A DNA stretch of 63,968 nt, filler included, from Choristocarpus tenellus KU-1152 (taxonomy: Eukaryota > Protista > Phaeophyceae): the NCBI GenBank assembly GCA_964200185.2. It is 12 parts of 12 records of this genome, joined end to end, with 100 filler letters (N's around TTAATTAATTAA, not from the genome) between each part and the next. Parts side by side here need not be neighbours in the genome. Positions count along the whole stretch, not along the records: positions 48,431 to 55,904 come from CAXNAD020006100.1; positions 56,005 to 61,354 come from CAXNAD020011067.1; positions 61,455 to 63,968 come from CAXNAD020027174.1; 9 more parts are not named here. The stretch is one strand, 5' to 3'. Below the pieces are notes generated by a model that did not search any database, was not told the origin of the DNA, and worked only from the letters and a program-made list of their open reading frames with translations. Position 1 is the first letter of the stretch, and each line of letters opens with the position of its first letter. A program made the translations under genes and the position numbers. Shown in pieces: positions 49,561 to 61,455 of this stretch.

Positions 49561-52500
49561 GTGTAGACGGTGGTGCTGTCGGTGTTGTGAGAGACCTTGT
49601 GTGGGGTACATGTGAAGACTGAGAAACAGGCGGGGTTGGCGGTAAGGAAGATCAACTCATTGGGTGATTATCTACTGACATCAGCTGTTGAACCACCCGC
49701 TGATCAACAACTTGGAACTCTGCATCTGCAAAGATCCCAGAGGATGTATGGACCAAACGTTTCCTCCCATCCTCTATAATGACCTCATCAAATGATAAAG
49801 GGTCTTGGTCATGAAATGGCAGCAATAGATGTTCATCTGCTTCGTTTTATTTTAATTCCTCCGCCATGAAGCTCTGAAAACGATTGGTGCTAGTCTGGAA
49901 CGTAATATGTCGTCTCCTTGATCGAACTGTATGCCAATCAGAATGATGTGGCATATGTGGTGCTCAAAGTACAGGCAATATACTCGGAGTTTCCCCAAAA
50001 AGTACTGTAAAAGTACTCTCCCACTTCAAAACGATTGCCGTCATCGCCACTGTGAAACAGATGGAAACAAGCCGACAGATTCTTCATAATGAAGGGGAGC
50101 GGGAAGACCCACAGGAGGCAAGATCAAAGAGTGACAAGTCAAAAAGGGAGAGCAATTGCTCTGAAGATCACTCAGGAAAAGAGTGTTCCAGAGGTAACTG
50201 AAAGAGGGGGAGTTTGGTAAGGTCACTCCAAACAACCCGATCTTACTTCAAGCAGATGTTAGCTTCAACATGCGAGAACAAATGTCATATGAATATCATA
50301 ATGTTCAAGATAGGTTACCTTCAGGGTATACCTTCTGTGGAAGATGGCTCTCACATATACTGACATACATATAGTTTTCATTTGTTTCTCCCCTGACACA
50401 TCTACAAAATATCAGAGGCATAATAATAAAATAAAATATATGTTTGTTCCTTACAATATATTCTACTACTTGATATATGGTGCTTGAAATCTAGTGAAGT
50501 TGTGTAGGACTTCTCAATTCTAAATATATATTTTTCCCTTTTTACTACATTTGACAAGGTCACAAAATATATATTATAATATGAATAGTAGTAGAGTATT
50601 AAATGCATGGTTTAAGAGACTCAGTCTAGAACGATCAGAGAGTGTAGCTGGAACGACCCAAAATTAGTCCATGAAAAAAATGCCTTCATGTCTTAACAGG
50701 GCTAGACCGGAACCATTGAGATAGTAAACCGGGCCAGGCCACGGACAGGTCCAGGAAACCTGTTTCAATGGAGCTGAACCTGGGTCATTGGGATTGTGAA
50801 TCACGCCAGCCCAGGAACCAGCCCTCCTTGTCTGACTAGTTGGTCTGGTTCACTGCCGTTCCCGTGTATATAGTCCTGCCTTTGTGTCTTGTACTCTGTA
50901 ACTTGTACCGTAGTATTATGCAACATACTATTTGCCCACTGATATTTTGCGGATAGTGTCATCATCGTGTGCACTTCGTTCTTTCTGCTGTACTTTGTCT
51001 TTAATTTAACTCTGTAATGTCAGGAGTCAACAAGAGTGGCAGAACACACACCTCCTGGGAAAGGTTGTAAGAACTTACTGGTGCTGATACTTGTCATAAT
51101 CTAATGGGTGTGTTTTCCTGGTTCTTTTTTCCCTTTGTTTGATCTCTGTTCTTATGTCTCTCAGAGGTTGCTGCTGTGTTTTAACTTGAATTTTTTCGAC
51201 TGAATGGCATGGGGTATTGGACGTTGGAACTGGTGTTGGTGTCTACTGACTCTGATTTGGTACCCCTATCAACCGCACGTGCCTCTACAGCATGGATATA
51301 TGAAACAAGGTGCATATGTCGAATTGCTGTGTGGTACCCAAAGATATCGTTTAGGGGTACTGGACTTTGCTTCACTCGGTCACACGCGCTGAGCAAGCAA
51401 GTATCCCTTAGGTATATTTGACCTGATTTCCACTCAGTACCTTCAGTGCCCAATGTTCCTTGGCAGGTTTACAGTGTTTCCCCTTATGTCAACACTTTGT
51501 TCCCAGGAAACTTCTCGAGCTGCAACAGAGTGGGAATTCGAGGCCTTTGTACCAACAAAAACTACTTTTACAACGTAATTCCTGCCATTCTAAATGACAG
51601 CATGAGGACACCGTTCAAGGTATATGTGGGCGTATAGGGATAAAAACTTCCTTTCATCATACTCTTCAACATGTAAGAAATAATGGTGGTGGAAGGTGCG
51701 GGATCCATACTCTAATCAACGCAACTAGAAGTACCGAGGCGGGAGTGAGGTCTGCGCTCCATTTTCTGTTGCTGAATTTGTTTCTCTTCCTCATATCAAC
51801 ATCTGACAAGAACAACCTTCCTTTCTCTCCTAGGTATCCCATACATCGTCCTCTTGTGTGATTCGTCCCTGCACCTCATATAGCAACCTTTCCATTACGC
51901 TTTGTCTGCATCACTCAACCAGACTAGAAATTTACACGCAATCAGACAAATGTGTTGCAAAATCTTGTTCAGAGATTATTCTGTTTAGCGCTCCTGTGTC
52001 TTAGTTGCCACAACCATATACTGTTGTACATATGATGATAATACAGATGTGAAAAAATAGAAGAAAATCGGCTGAGAAAGACTCAATGTAGATTAGGAGG
52101 GGCATTTAAGGCCCAGACATCACCACCAGCACCTAATAGTCGGGATGCAACATTATGAACGCCGTAATAATCTCACCAAGGTGCTATGAGGAGACAAAAA
52201 CCTAAGAATCACATCCGGTCCATTCCACCAACCAACTTTCTTTCAGGGCCAAGTTAACTTACCTAAGTTTGAATAATGTAGTGGCCTCAACGATCACCGA
52301 CGAGAACAGATGCTATTGCCACCATACAGTCAAATATATTTGGACCATTCACTTTGATTACTGGTTTAGAACTGTTCCGTGGTTTGTGGGATACAATATA
52401 TACTTGACTGATCTGAGCCATTGGTGGGGGCTCAGGGAGATTTAGATAAGAAGCTTGGAAATGCAATGCACCTATATATGATAATAACCCGAACTGGTAT

Positions 52501-53739
52501 TGAACCTGACAGTCATATTGAACCATTGCCTCCAATATTCCCACATCACGGAGCACATACAACTGCTTTGGGGCTGTCATCAGACCCTTGGAGAAGTCAA
52601 GGACAGAAGACGCCTATCCTTATACCCACGCAAAAGAACATAATTTACCTGTGTCAACAAACATCTGAGTTTATATTACCTTGAGTCTTCCAGTCTGACT
52701 TCAGCCTGTGCTAGTGAGCTTTGTGGCCATTACATCATCCCAGGTACGGCATTTACTCTGTTTATGAAACAGATTGCCTTGCAAACACACCCACTAGTGC
52801 TCAAATCTCCCGACCACTCTGCTTCTATTTTACGTTTGCAAGCTACCTCAAATTCAGCGGCTTTGGTAGTCACTCACCCCCCAAGAGTCCAACTCACTTG
52901 GTTAGACCAAGCTCCTGTTCTTACACATTCGCTCTTGGTACTATCACACCTACCCCTCCACTCCTCATCCCTGGCATATACCTGCCTAAAGAATGCTCAG
53001 TATGATATTAATTTGTCTGTCTTTGCCAACACGATGAGTTACCAGTAGTCATGGGAGGAGCTAACATGAGAAGTGTACTACTGTCCTGTATGCGACTGCC
53101 GGTCATGTACATGTAATACGAAACTGGATACAATTAAATATTTCTTGTACTGCAATGATATTGAAACGGCAATCCCTTAGTAGTGGAATAAAAATGAGAT
53201 GAGAGGTTGGAGTGAGAGGGGGGGATGCTTAGCCAGGCTCACAAGGATCTCACGAACAAGCAAACTAATGCGAAAAAATCCCAGTGACCTCTACGGGGAA
53301 AGCAATACAACACTACTACTTCCAAAGAGTGGTTACAGTCCCGTGGAAACGGGTACATTCGCGTGGTGATTGGATTTCTGAAACTGGGTTATTGAACTCG
53401 AGGTCCATGTATCTACCAGAAAAAACAGCTGTTTGTTGACGATTGAGTACGGATGTACCGTAAGACGATTAACAACAGAATCATAGAAGGTATGTATCCA
53501 TTCACGTTACCTTATCCATAATTCCTTGACCGAATGTATGTCAGGCAAAAATAAAAATATTTTGAGGTCATTTCTTCTTATAAGATTGTATATATTATTT
53601 GGAAGCCTTTGATTTTGGACGAGATAAACATCCAAGAGGGACAACCGAACGTCCACGTCACGCCAAAGAGGAGGTCCAGAAACCCTCTCCATCAGCAGAG
53701 CTTATCTGCGCCGGTGCAGCAGCAGTAGCCCCTGAAGCG

Positions 53740-55674
53740 ATGTTTCTCGTTGACTGGTTCTATGGCCTCCTTGCTTCCCTAGGTGAAATGCTGGTGCTTT
53801 TTGCATCTGTACTGCGACAAATGAAACACTCCTTCCTCTCCTTGCCAGCACCCCACTCGCCTCCCTTTATTCATCACGCGCAAAATGCCACTTAGTAAAT
53901 GATTCACAAGGGTGAATAGTCGTGGATTCTTTCAAGATTTGTTACCACGATTGGAGATTGGTTGGTGAGTTGGATGCCACCCTTGTCCTCTTTTTTCCTT
54001 GCTGGGGTGGACCATTGCTAGTCCCTATTCATGGAGGTTTATATTCCACATACGGAGAGAAAATGGAGAGAGAGGGAGAGGAAGAAAGAGAGAAAGAGCG
54101 AGAGATCTCGGGGGGTGACTGGGTGGGATGGAAGTGGAGGGGACAGGGGGATAAGATGCGAGGAACCAATCAATGGATGTTGATGCTCGTGGCAACGCGA
54201 TTCACCTGCGGAATGTCTACGGCCCGAACATATTCTCTTTCTACGATGCTTTGATAGTTCTCTGTTTGTGCCACTGGATGGGATACATGGTAGGTCATTC
54301 CTACTCGGGTTAACAACGTGGGTAGATGGTGGTACGCCTTGGGCGCAGAGCCTGTGCTCTCCGCGAATAGCGTCCTCTCTAGGAACTTAAAATGGTGGAA
54401 ATGATCCTTACGGTTTTATGATCATCTAACTTATCTGGGGATCAAGTTGGTGGACTGGAAAAAAAGCACTGTTGAGCGAGATTTTTCCACTGCACCTTTT
54501 ACTCTATACTGTACTTTGGAATGGGTGGGAGTCCCCCGTACCCCGATTGCATTACCAGTAGATGGGGATGTAGTGAAAATGCGCTGCACGCACAAATCCA
54601 TGCTGCTGACAGCTTGTGGAACAACCCGTGAGGCAAGCAGGATAAACCGGATGAGCGCCTGTTCATGCTGTTGCCCTTCCCTCCAACCCCACTCCTATAT
54701 ATGTCAAAGGCGTTGACCTTGTGTGTGACCCCCGCCCTTTTCTGTATCGTTTTAGGGGTGTTATGTAGTCTTTTCACAAAATAGTAATTTAAATAGAAGG
54801 TTGTGGGTAGTAGCTTTTAGCTAGTCTAATTTCACTGCTGAAAAAACGGCATTAGGTATGCCTGACAAAGAGAAGTCTGAACCGAACAAGTTAAATGGTT
54901 GGTCAACTAGTGGCTTGTTTGTCGTGCAAGACAACAAGTCAACAATACGGAGAGCTAGCAGCTCTCTGGTTGTGTTCTTGTTCAACACTGGTTCGATAAA
55001 TAGTAAAGATTATCGATGAAGGATCATCCGTTTCTGATCAAAGAATTTGTAACACTTGTTGGAGCAACTGTAAGAAACGTTGAACATTGAACCGTTAAAG
55101 CTGTGCCAACAATTGGAGTTGACTAGGCAAAACTCGGAGCATGGCAGGCTCCAACCGTAGCACTGAGGGTTCTCCATAGTTTTACTCGCTGTCCTTGTGT
55201 TAATTGCATTCCAAGGTCCTGCTTTACTTACAGTCAACTCCTTGTCTTCATCAAGAAAACAATTGTGTTGAAAAGTGTGTAACAACACTGTTTTGCGCCA
55301 TATTTGTAACCACTGGGTCGTTCCAGGCTTGAACCTCCTCTGTATCTCTGGAATGTTTCGTCTGCCCCCCCTCCCCCACCTATTCTGGTACAATTAGCGG
55401 TATTTCCAGCAGTGTAGCATGCATATAGTGCATCCAAACAGGGCAATGTAAAAATTCAACAAGGATTTCAAGTTACAATATATATATTTTTCTCTGTCTT
55501 ATTATCTCTGCCCTCCCTCCCTCCCCAGGGTTCTATCACAAGAGTGCAAAGATCCTCTTCTTGGGTCTGGACAATGCAGGCAAGACAACCCTGCTGCACA
55601 TGCTCAAGGAGAACCGTGTTCAAGTCCATCAACCCACTCTACACCCCAACCAGGACGAACTCATTGTGGGAAAG
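53740..55674 (+). CDS. SAR1: Small GTPase SAR1, first two exons (partial gene)
   Basis: Exons 53740-53782 and 55529-55674 splice to [63 protein letters not shown]. Confidence 0.97.
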
Positions 55675-57364
55675 GTATGGGCTAGAGGGTCATCTAAACT
55701 TGATGCGAGAGGAGTACAAAGGAGTGCAATAATGGACAAGGGGGAGGGGGGGGAGGTTCAGCATTTTTTTCATTTTTTCTCACACTGGTTTGGCGTGTTC
55801 GATTCCTATCCTGTGTTTAATAGGTAGTAATAGCCTGAGGATGCGCAATAATACAATACTAAGAAAAAATATATATATATTTTTTTTGGGGGGGGGGAGA
55901 AGGGNNNNNNNNNNNNNNNNNNNNNNNNNNNNNNNNNNNNNNNNNNNNTTAATTAATTAANNNNNNNNNNNNNNNNNNNNNNNNNNNNNNNNNNNNNNNN
56001 NNNNCCCCCCAAGATACTTTGACCCCCTCATCTGTCATCATCCACCATTCGAGATTTGATTTTGAATGCCAATAGTCTGCTTCATCCCTCACGAAAAAAT
56101 GAATGCTGTCGTGGTCAAAGTGAAGGAGAGAAGAAAACTTCTGGGTATATTTACTTACAAGAGCAAATACTAGGCTATCGTAAGGAAGATGGGAGACGTC
56201 ACTGAAAGCTAGATGAGCTTCCCGATTCCAGGTCGACGACTTTTCTCCGATCACCATCGTCTCCTCCGATAATTATAACTCCTCTGTTATTCTACTTCTA
56301 CAAATAAATGAGTATAGTTTTTACCACGGTCACGCCTTATCAGTTTCATATATTCATCCATTTTTTTTGTTGGTCGTTCCTACACTATATTTCGAGGGTA
56401 GTATACATACTCCTTGAACTATTTTAATATTGGTATTCCAATCTCCAACACGAAGGGAAGGTGATACTAAGAGGACACCATGCCCTTTCCCAAGGGTCTA
56501 TTCGGAGTGGCCTTAACTATAATCTCGCCTGTTCTTGGGAGCCGCCATGCAACAGGCATGCCAAGCCACACCTTGTCCAAGGTGCCATGTTCATTTTTAT
56601 TGAAGTTAGAATGGTGCGTTTTATACACCTTTACTCAGACTCAAGGTCTTCTCTCATGAAATCAAGAATATAATGAGGACTTGTGGTTTTTCGTTTAGAG
56701 AATCGCAAGTTAAATTTCAACTCGCAAAAACCATGTGGACAACATTCTGTTTGCCCAGATTCAAAGTCACTTGATTCATCCGCCTAGGTTGAAGTCAACA
56801 TTCACGAAAATTCCTTTCCTTTTGTTTCATTGAATTCGGTGTTCGGTGCGAACTCCTTTTGCTGCTCGAACCTGCAGGGATATAGACAGCGTTCGTATTG
56901 GGTCCAGAGTGGAGGGTCAAGGAGAAGCCTGTGCATGGCCGACAGTGGGTCAAGTGGATTGGGCAGGGTGTGTTCAAGGATTTACAATATGTTCAAAAAG
57001 ATGAAGTCTCAACCAAATGGAGGTCACAGATTGAAGGCGATAAATGCCTCGATAAGGAGCATCACTCTGTGATCTAATGGTCGTTCAGTATTCGTGGTAT
57101 TTAAATCCTTGACCAAGACTTACCCTCTCGGACCCTCTAGCTTGAAAATCATGTTATTTCTCTTGCAGTTGGAACTAAGCAAGCTATGTCGATGTACCCC
57201 GGAATGCTATCGATAACAAATGCAAATGGAATCCCAAGCCCTAGCAAACATTGGTCTGCCGAGGGGAGGAGGGTCGCACGTGAAAGAGCAACCCCCGATC
57301 CTTAGACGTTTCCAATCAAAAACAGATAGTATCCAAGGACACCTTATGCCCCCTTCCCCGACAG

Positions 57365-60300
57365 TACCATGGGCACTCAATCGGAGAAACCGTGAGTCTA
57401 CGTGGGGGTGTAACGAGTATCAACCATGTCTTCAAGCTTCCACTAGTGTGGTCGGCAGGAGACGGAGATTCTCGTACAGTTGAGGTGTTTGCACGGTGAG
57501 AACCGAACCCAGATATGCAATGCCACCTCGACACTTTGTATCCTGGTGCAAAGTTGCATTCACGCCAGACCCACTTGCTTCGATTCACCTCACCCGCTAG
57601 AAGAGAATCTGAGCTGAAACCCCGTTTTTTTTGCAGACTGCAGCGCATTTCACTCTCAAGTTGGTAAAAGGTATCCCCGATGAGAGCAAATTAACTTTAT
57701 TTCATCTTATAGACCCTTTTTGACTACTCCACCCCCTTTCCATCCCCTTATCCCCAGGCTTTACTTCCACCAGGCCTACACAATTCCTGACAAACGTCCT
57801 CTTCCCCCCTCTGCATACTCTTCAACTTCTTTGTCACCCTAGGGAGCTTGTCCTTTCAAAACACAAGGAGGACACATCCCGTCCCTGGCTGCTCTTTTTG
57901 CAAGGGGGACCAGGCTTCCCTGCCCCCCGTGTCACCAGTTCCAGTGGCTTGTGGGGTGAGGCCCTCTCTGAGTTTCGGATACTACTGCTGGACCAAAGGG
58001 GGACTGGATTGAGCTCTGCCATTACCCACCGGTCTCTGGCTAAGGTGAGTGTTACAGAGTAATTCCCAAATTATTTCAAAAGTCCTGTCTACTTTGTTGG
58101 AGGTAACTGATGACCATGCTGTGGCCTACTATAGATCAACTCTTTTGTTAGTCTGTACCTTTAGATGTGCATCCCTATGTGTCGATCTTTCGTGGTTCCA
58201 CACAGGTTTGCATATGTTTTCAGTGTAGTGCTTATTTTCACCATCAACCCTCCAGGAGCCCGACCATTAAAGAAGTTATATATGCTTGAGAAGGATTTTC
58301 GCTTTTGCACACAGCTAAATGTCAGTAACAGATGGTTTCCAACACATTTACAAGGGTGTGACATTGAGCTCACAAAATCACTCTCTCTCTCTCTGTGGAT
58401 ACATCTCCCTTTGAAACTCTCAGTAGTAAATTTCTGTGTTTGTCAGCAGAGGGAGTTAGTACCACACACACTGATGTGCAATGTGATAGATTTTAAGGTC
58501 TGAGAAAAAGCTTGCTTTGTGATTGCATCTACGCCAGGTCTTTTTTTTGTCCCGGATCAACCTTATTTCTGGGTAGTGGACCAAGTTTGTGTAGCCCCCA
58601 AGGCTCCTTTTTTTTTTTCACAATACTTCTGCAACGGATGTGCGCACTTCTGCCTTCCATTTGACTTGCATCGGTGCTGCAACTTGTATAATAGTTATTT
58701 CTGTTAACAAATTTGTGTGTGCCTCATGTTTCAGGAATATATTTTTATTTCTTGCATATTACCAAGATCAATAGAAGAAATAGTTGTAACATTGAGGAGG
58801 CACAGTTTGTTTCCGGGTGAACGTGTTATCCTGTTCACCCCCTGCAATGTGAGGGTCTTTTCGTTGGTGTGATAATATCTTCTCATATGAGGCTCCCAAC
58901 TCGCTGCATCAGGTTTTTGGTGCTAACTCCCTTTGTCACATATTGTGAGGTTGATGTGGATGTTTCCAAATCCAGGGGCGAATTGTGACCTGATGCCTGT
59001 AAAGGCTAGGTCGGGACATGTCTTTACTTTTTACTCTTTTTTTTGTACAAATAGTACTCCATCCCATTCCATTCCATTCCGTCAAAGGCGTATAGCTACT
59101 CCTTTTGTCTACATGACCCCTGGTTTGCAACAACAACATTGCAACTGTTTGAACTACCCTTGTCAGAGAGTGAAGAGAGACTTAACAGGGCCTATGAGGA
59201 ATGTCCTCGAATATTTTTCATGAAGAAGATCGGGTTGCGGTATTTTATATTAGCCTTCTGCTCACACTGCCTCAACATGCTACTTGTAGGCGTTTCATTT
59301 CTCGGGCTGTCCTTGAAGTTTCTGAAATTTGCATCCTCGCACATGGGATTCCTCTTTCCACGCTGGGCCAAAGTCTGCATGTGTGACAGACAACCCCATG
59401 CACTTGTACGTCTCAACGCTCCCACAGAGTTCTTACTACTGTGTTTGTGTTGCTGCCAAAAAAATGAACAACTTCAAGTAGCCCTTTTTCAGAACTCTCC
59501 TCTGCTACGGTGCAATGGAGGAGCTCAAATTTGCGATAAAGCTCCTCCTGGCAGCTATGGCGTTCGTTCTCCTCACTATCTGGACTGTGTTTTCCCTTGG
59601 GGGGCACGCTCTGGCGTGCCTGGAAGGTTCACATGTAGCGCTCCTCAATCACGGCCTCTGTTTACCCATTGTGCTGTGTACGCTGGACAAGACTTCAACC
59701 GTGGTTGGGGGGGGGGTTTCGTTTGAACTTTTTCTGTATAAATGTTTTCTCTGTGAAGATGTAAGAATGGCATTTGAAAAATCTACGTAAACCAGGAGAT
59801 CCGTCAAGTAAACCTTTCAATTGGGAACAAAGGATGCCATTTTTTTAAATCTTGGCGTGACCGTTACAAACGGGGAAATAAGTCTTGTGTTTATTCTGTA
59901 GTGACCCTTTTTTTTTTTGTGCCGACAACCTCTGACTAGTTGTATGGAAGATGCAAACACGCTTCCATATTTGTTGTACGTGTAATTTAGGTGTAATACG
60001 TATGGTACCCATTTATCAGGGTGCCACTGTAAGCAGTTTTTCAGTACCAATGAAATGGGTGATCGCTGTTGCAGAGATTTGAGCTGTTAGAGCATATTTT
60101 CAAGGTTTTGAAGGCCTTGGGTCGGACAAATGCACCACCTATCAATAGGTAATACCCACGGAGGTTACACAGATGCAGGGGTTTTTTGTTGCACTGATGG
60201 GTGTCAACTCAAGTCGCTCCTGGAATGTGACAAGTCCGCTCTCTGAAAGCACTAGTGCCACTTGAATATTTGTTGATTCATCTCTGCTGTCAATACCCTC

Positions 60301-60428
60301 ATCCAGTTTGGAATTTTGCCTTTACCTATATCTGGCATGGAGGGGTGGTACAGGTTGTTGGAGCACAAGCGCAGGCCGAGCACCTATCTAACTTCAGGGC
60401 TGACTCGATCATTGAAGACTGTGAAGCA
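57365..60428 (+). CDS. Proline iminopeptidase (alpha/beta hydrolase, S33), three exons (partial gene)
   Basis: Exons ~57365-57495 (HVFKLPL..VEVFAR), 57843-58044 (WLLFLQGGPGF..LLLDQRGTGLS) and 60354-60428 (HLSNFRADSIIEDCEA). Phases are compatible. Confidence 0.9.
58480..60130 (-). mobile_element. Highly decayed Ty1/copia pol remnant inside the iminopeptidase intron
   Basis: Minus strand LLVYVD at ~59780-59797 (RT YVDD-like), then RSAHIR...VDAITK (RNase H KHI / AD..TK-like). Confidence 0.45.
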
Positions 60429-61455
60429 GTGAGTCTCACAATAATATTGCACAAACGTTACGTCTTCCCTGCCTCTATGGCTTTCATGGTGCATTCTAAC
60501 GAATGCCTATGTCTTCTTCGTTCATCACGCCCTGATTTTGAAGGATACATCAGTTTGGAGAAAAAAAAAGAACTGCAGCTATGCCCTACCATGGATACAT
60601 AACTACATATCAGTCTTGTGGAAGATTTTTTCCTTTTGGTATCATTGGTACTCCTCCTCAGGTTGTTGCCTTACCCAACCCACACCCATACTCATATATA
60701 TATATATATATTATTTTTTTTATTTTACCACAGTACAGTAGTTGATACACCTCACTAACACTTGCACCCACAATGTCTCCGCCCCTTTAGGAACCCTGGT
60801 CCTACCAGTGCCCTTGACTCTTGAACTCTATTCTTGCTTAGTCTCGATGATATAGTGTTTCCTGATGTTAGTTTTGATTGTCAATGCAGTCCACTTACCC
60901 CTCATTTTTTTTTTCAACTGTGAAAACCAAATCTACTCCAAATAGAGCATACCTTTTTTTTCCCCCTCCTTGTTGTCATGGACGCCTAATATCACATACA
61001 ACTCTCTCACCCTTTTAGTCCTCTTTGGTGTGACAAGTGTGTGGGCTCCTATGAAAGTGTTGCCTTTTGCAATGAGTAATGCTGTTTTACAGGCACTACA
61101 CAGGCCTTCCCTTGACATCCCCCTCATTTTTTTGCTCTCACTGCATCCAAGTCAATTGAGTCCTATGTTCTGGTGCCTTGTTGCTGATATATTTTTTTGC
61201 AATGCCCACCATGACATTTTCAGCTCGTGTCCTCTTTTTAAAACTGTTTTATAATCTGTTGAAAGTGTTCCTCCTGTGATTATGAAGCATCTATGCAATT
61301 GTTGGGTGGGGGGGGGGGGGGGTTTTTTCTTATTCCAAAGAGTTCGAAAGATTTNNNNNNNNNNNNNNNNNNNNNNNNNNNNNNNNNNNNNNNNNNNNTT
61401 AATTAATTAANNNNNNNNNNNNNNNNNNNNNNNNNNNNNNNNNNNNNNNNNNNNT

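Noticed and set aside
51950-52200. RTE-like LINE remnant (CEKIE..LRK...GGA)
   Set aside because: The similarity is too weak to support a call by eye.
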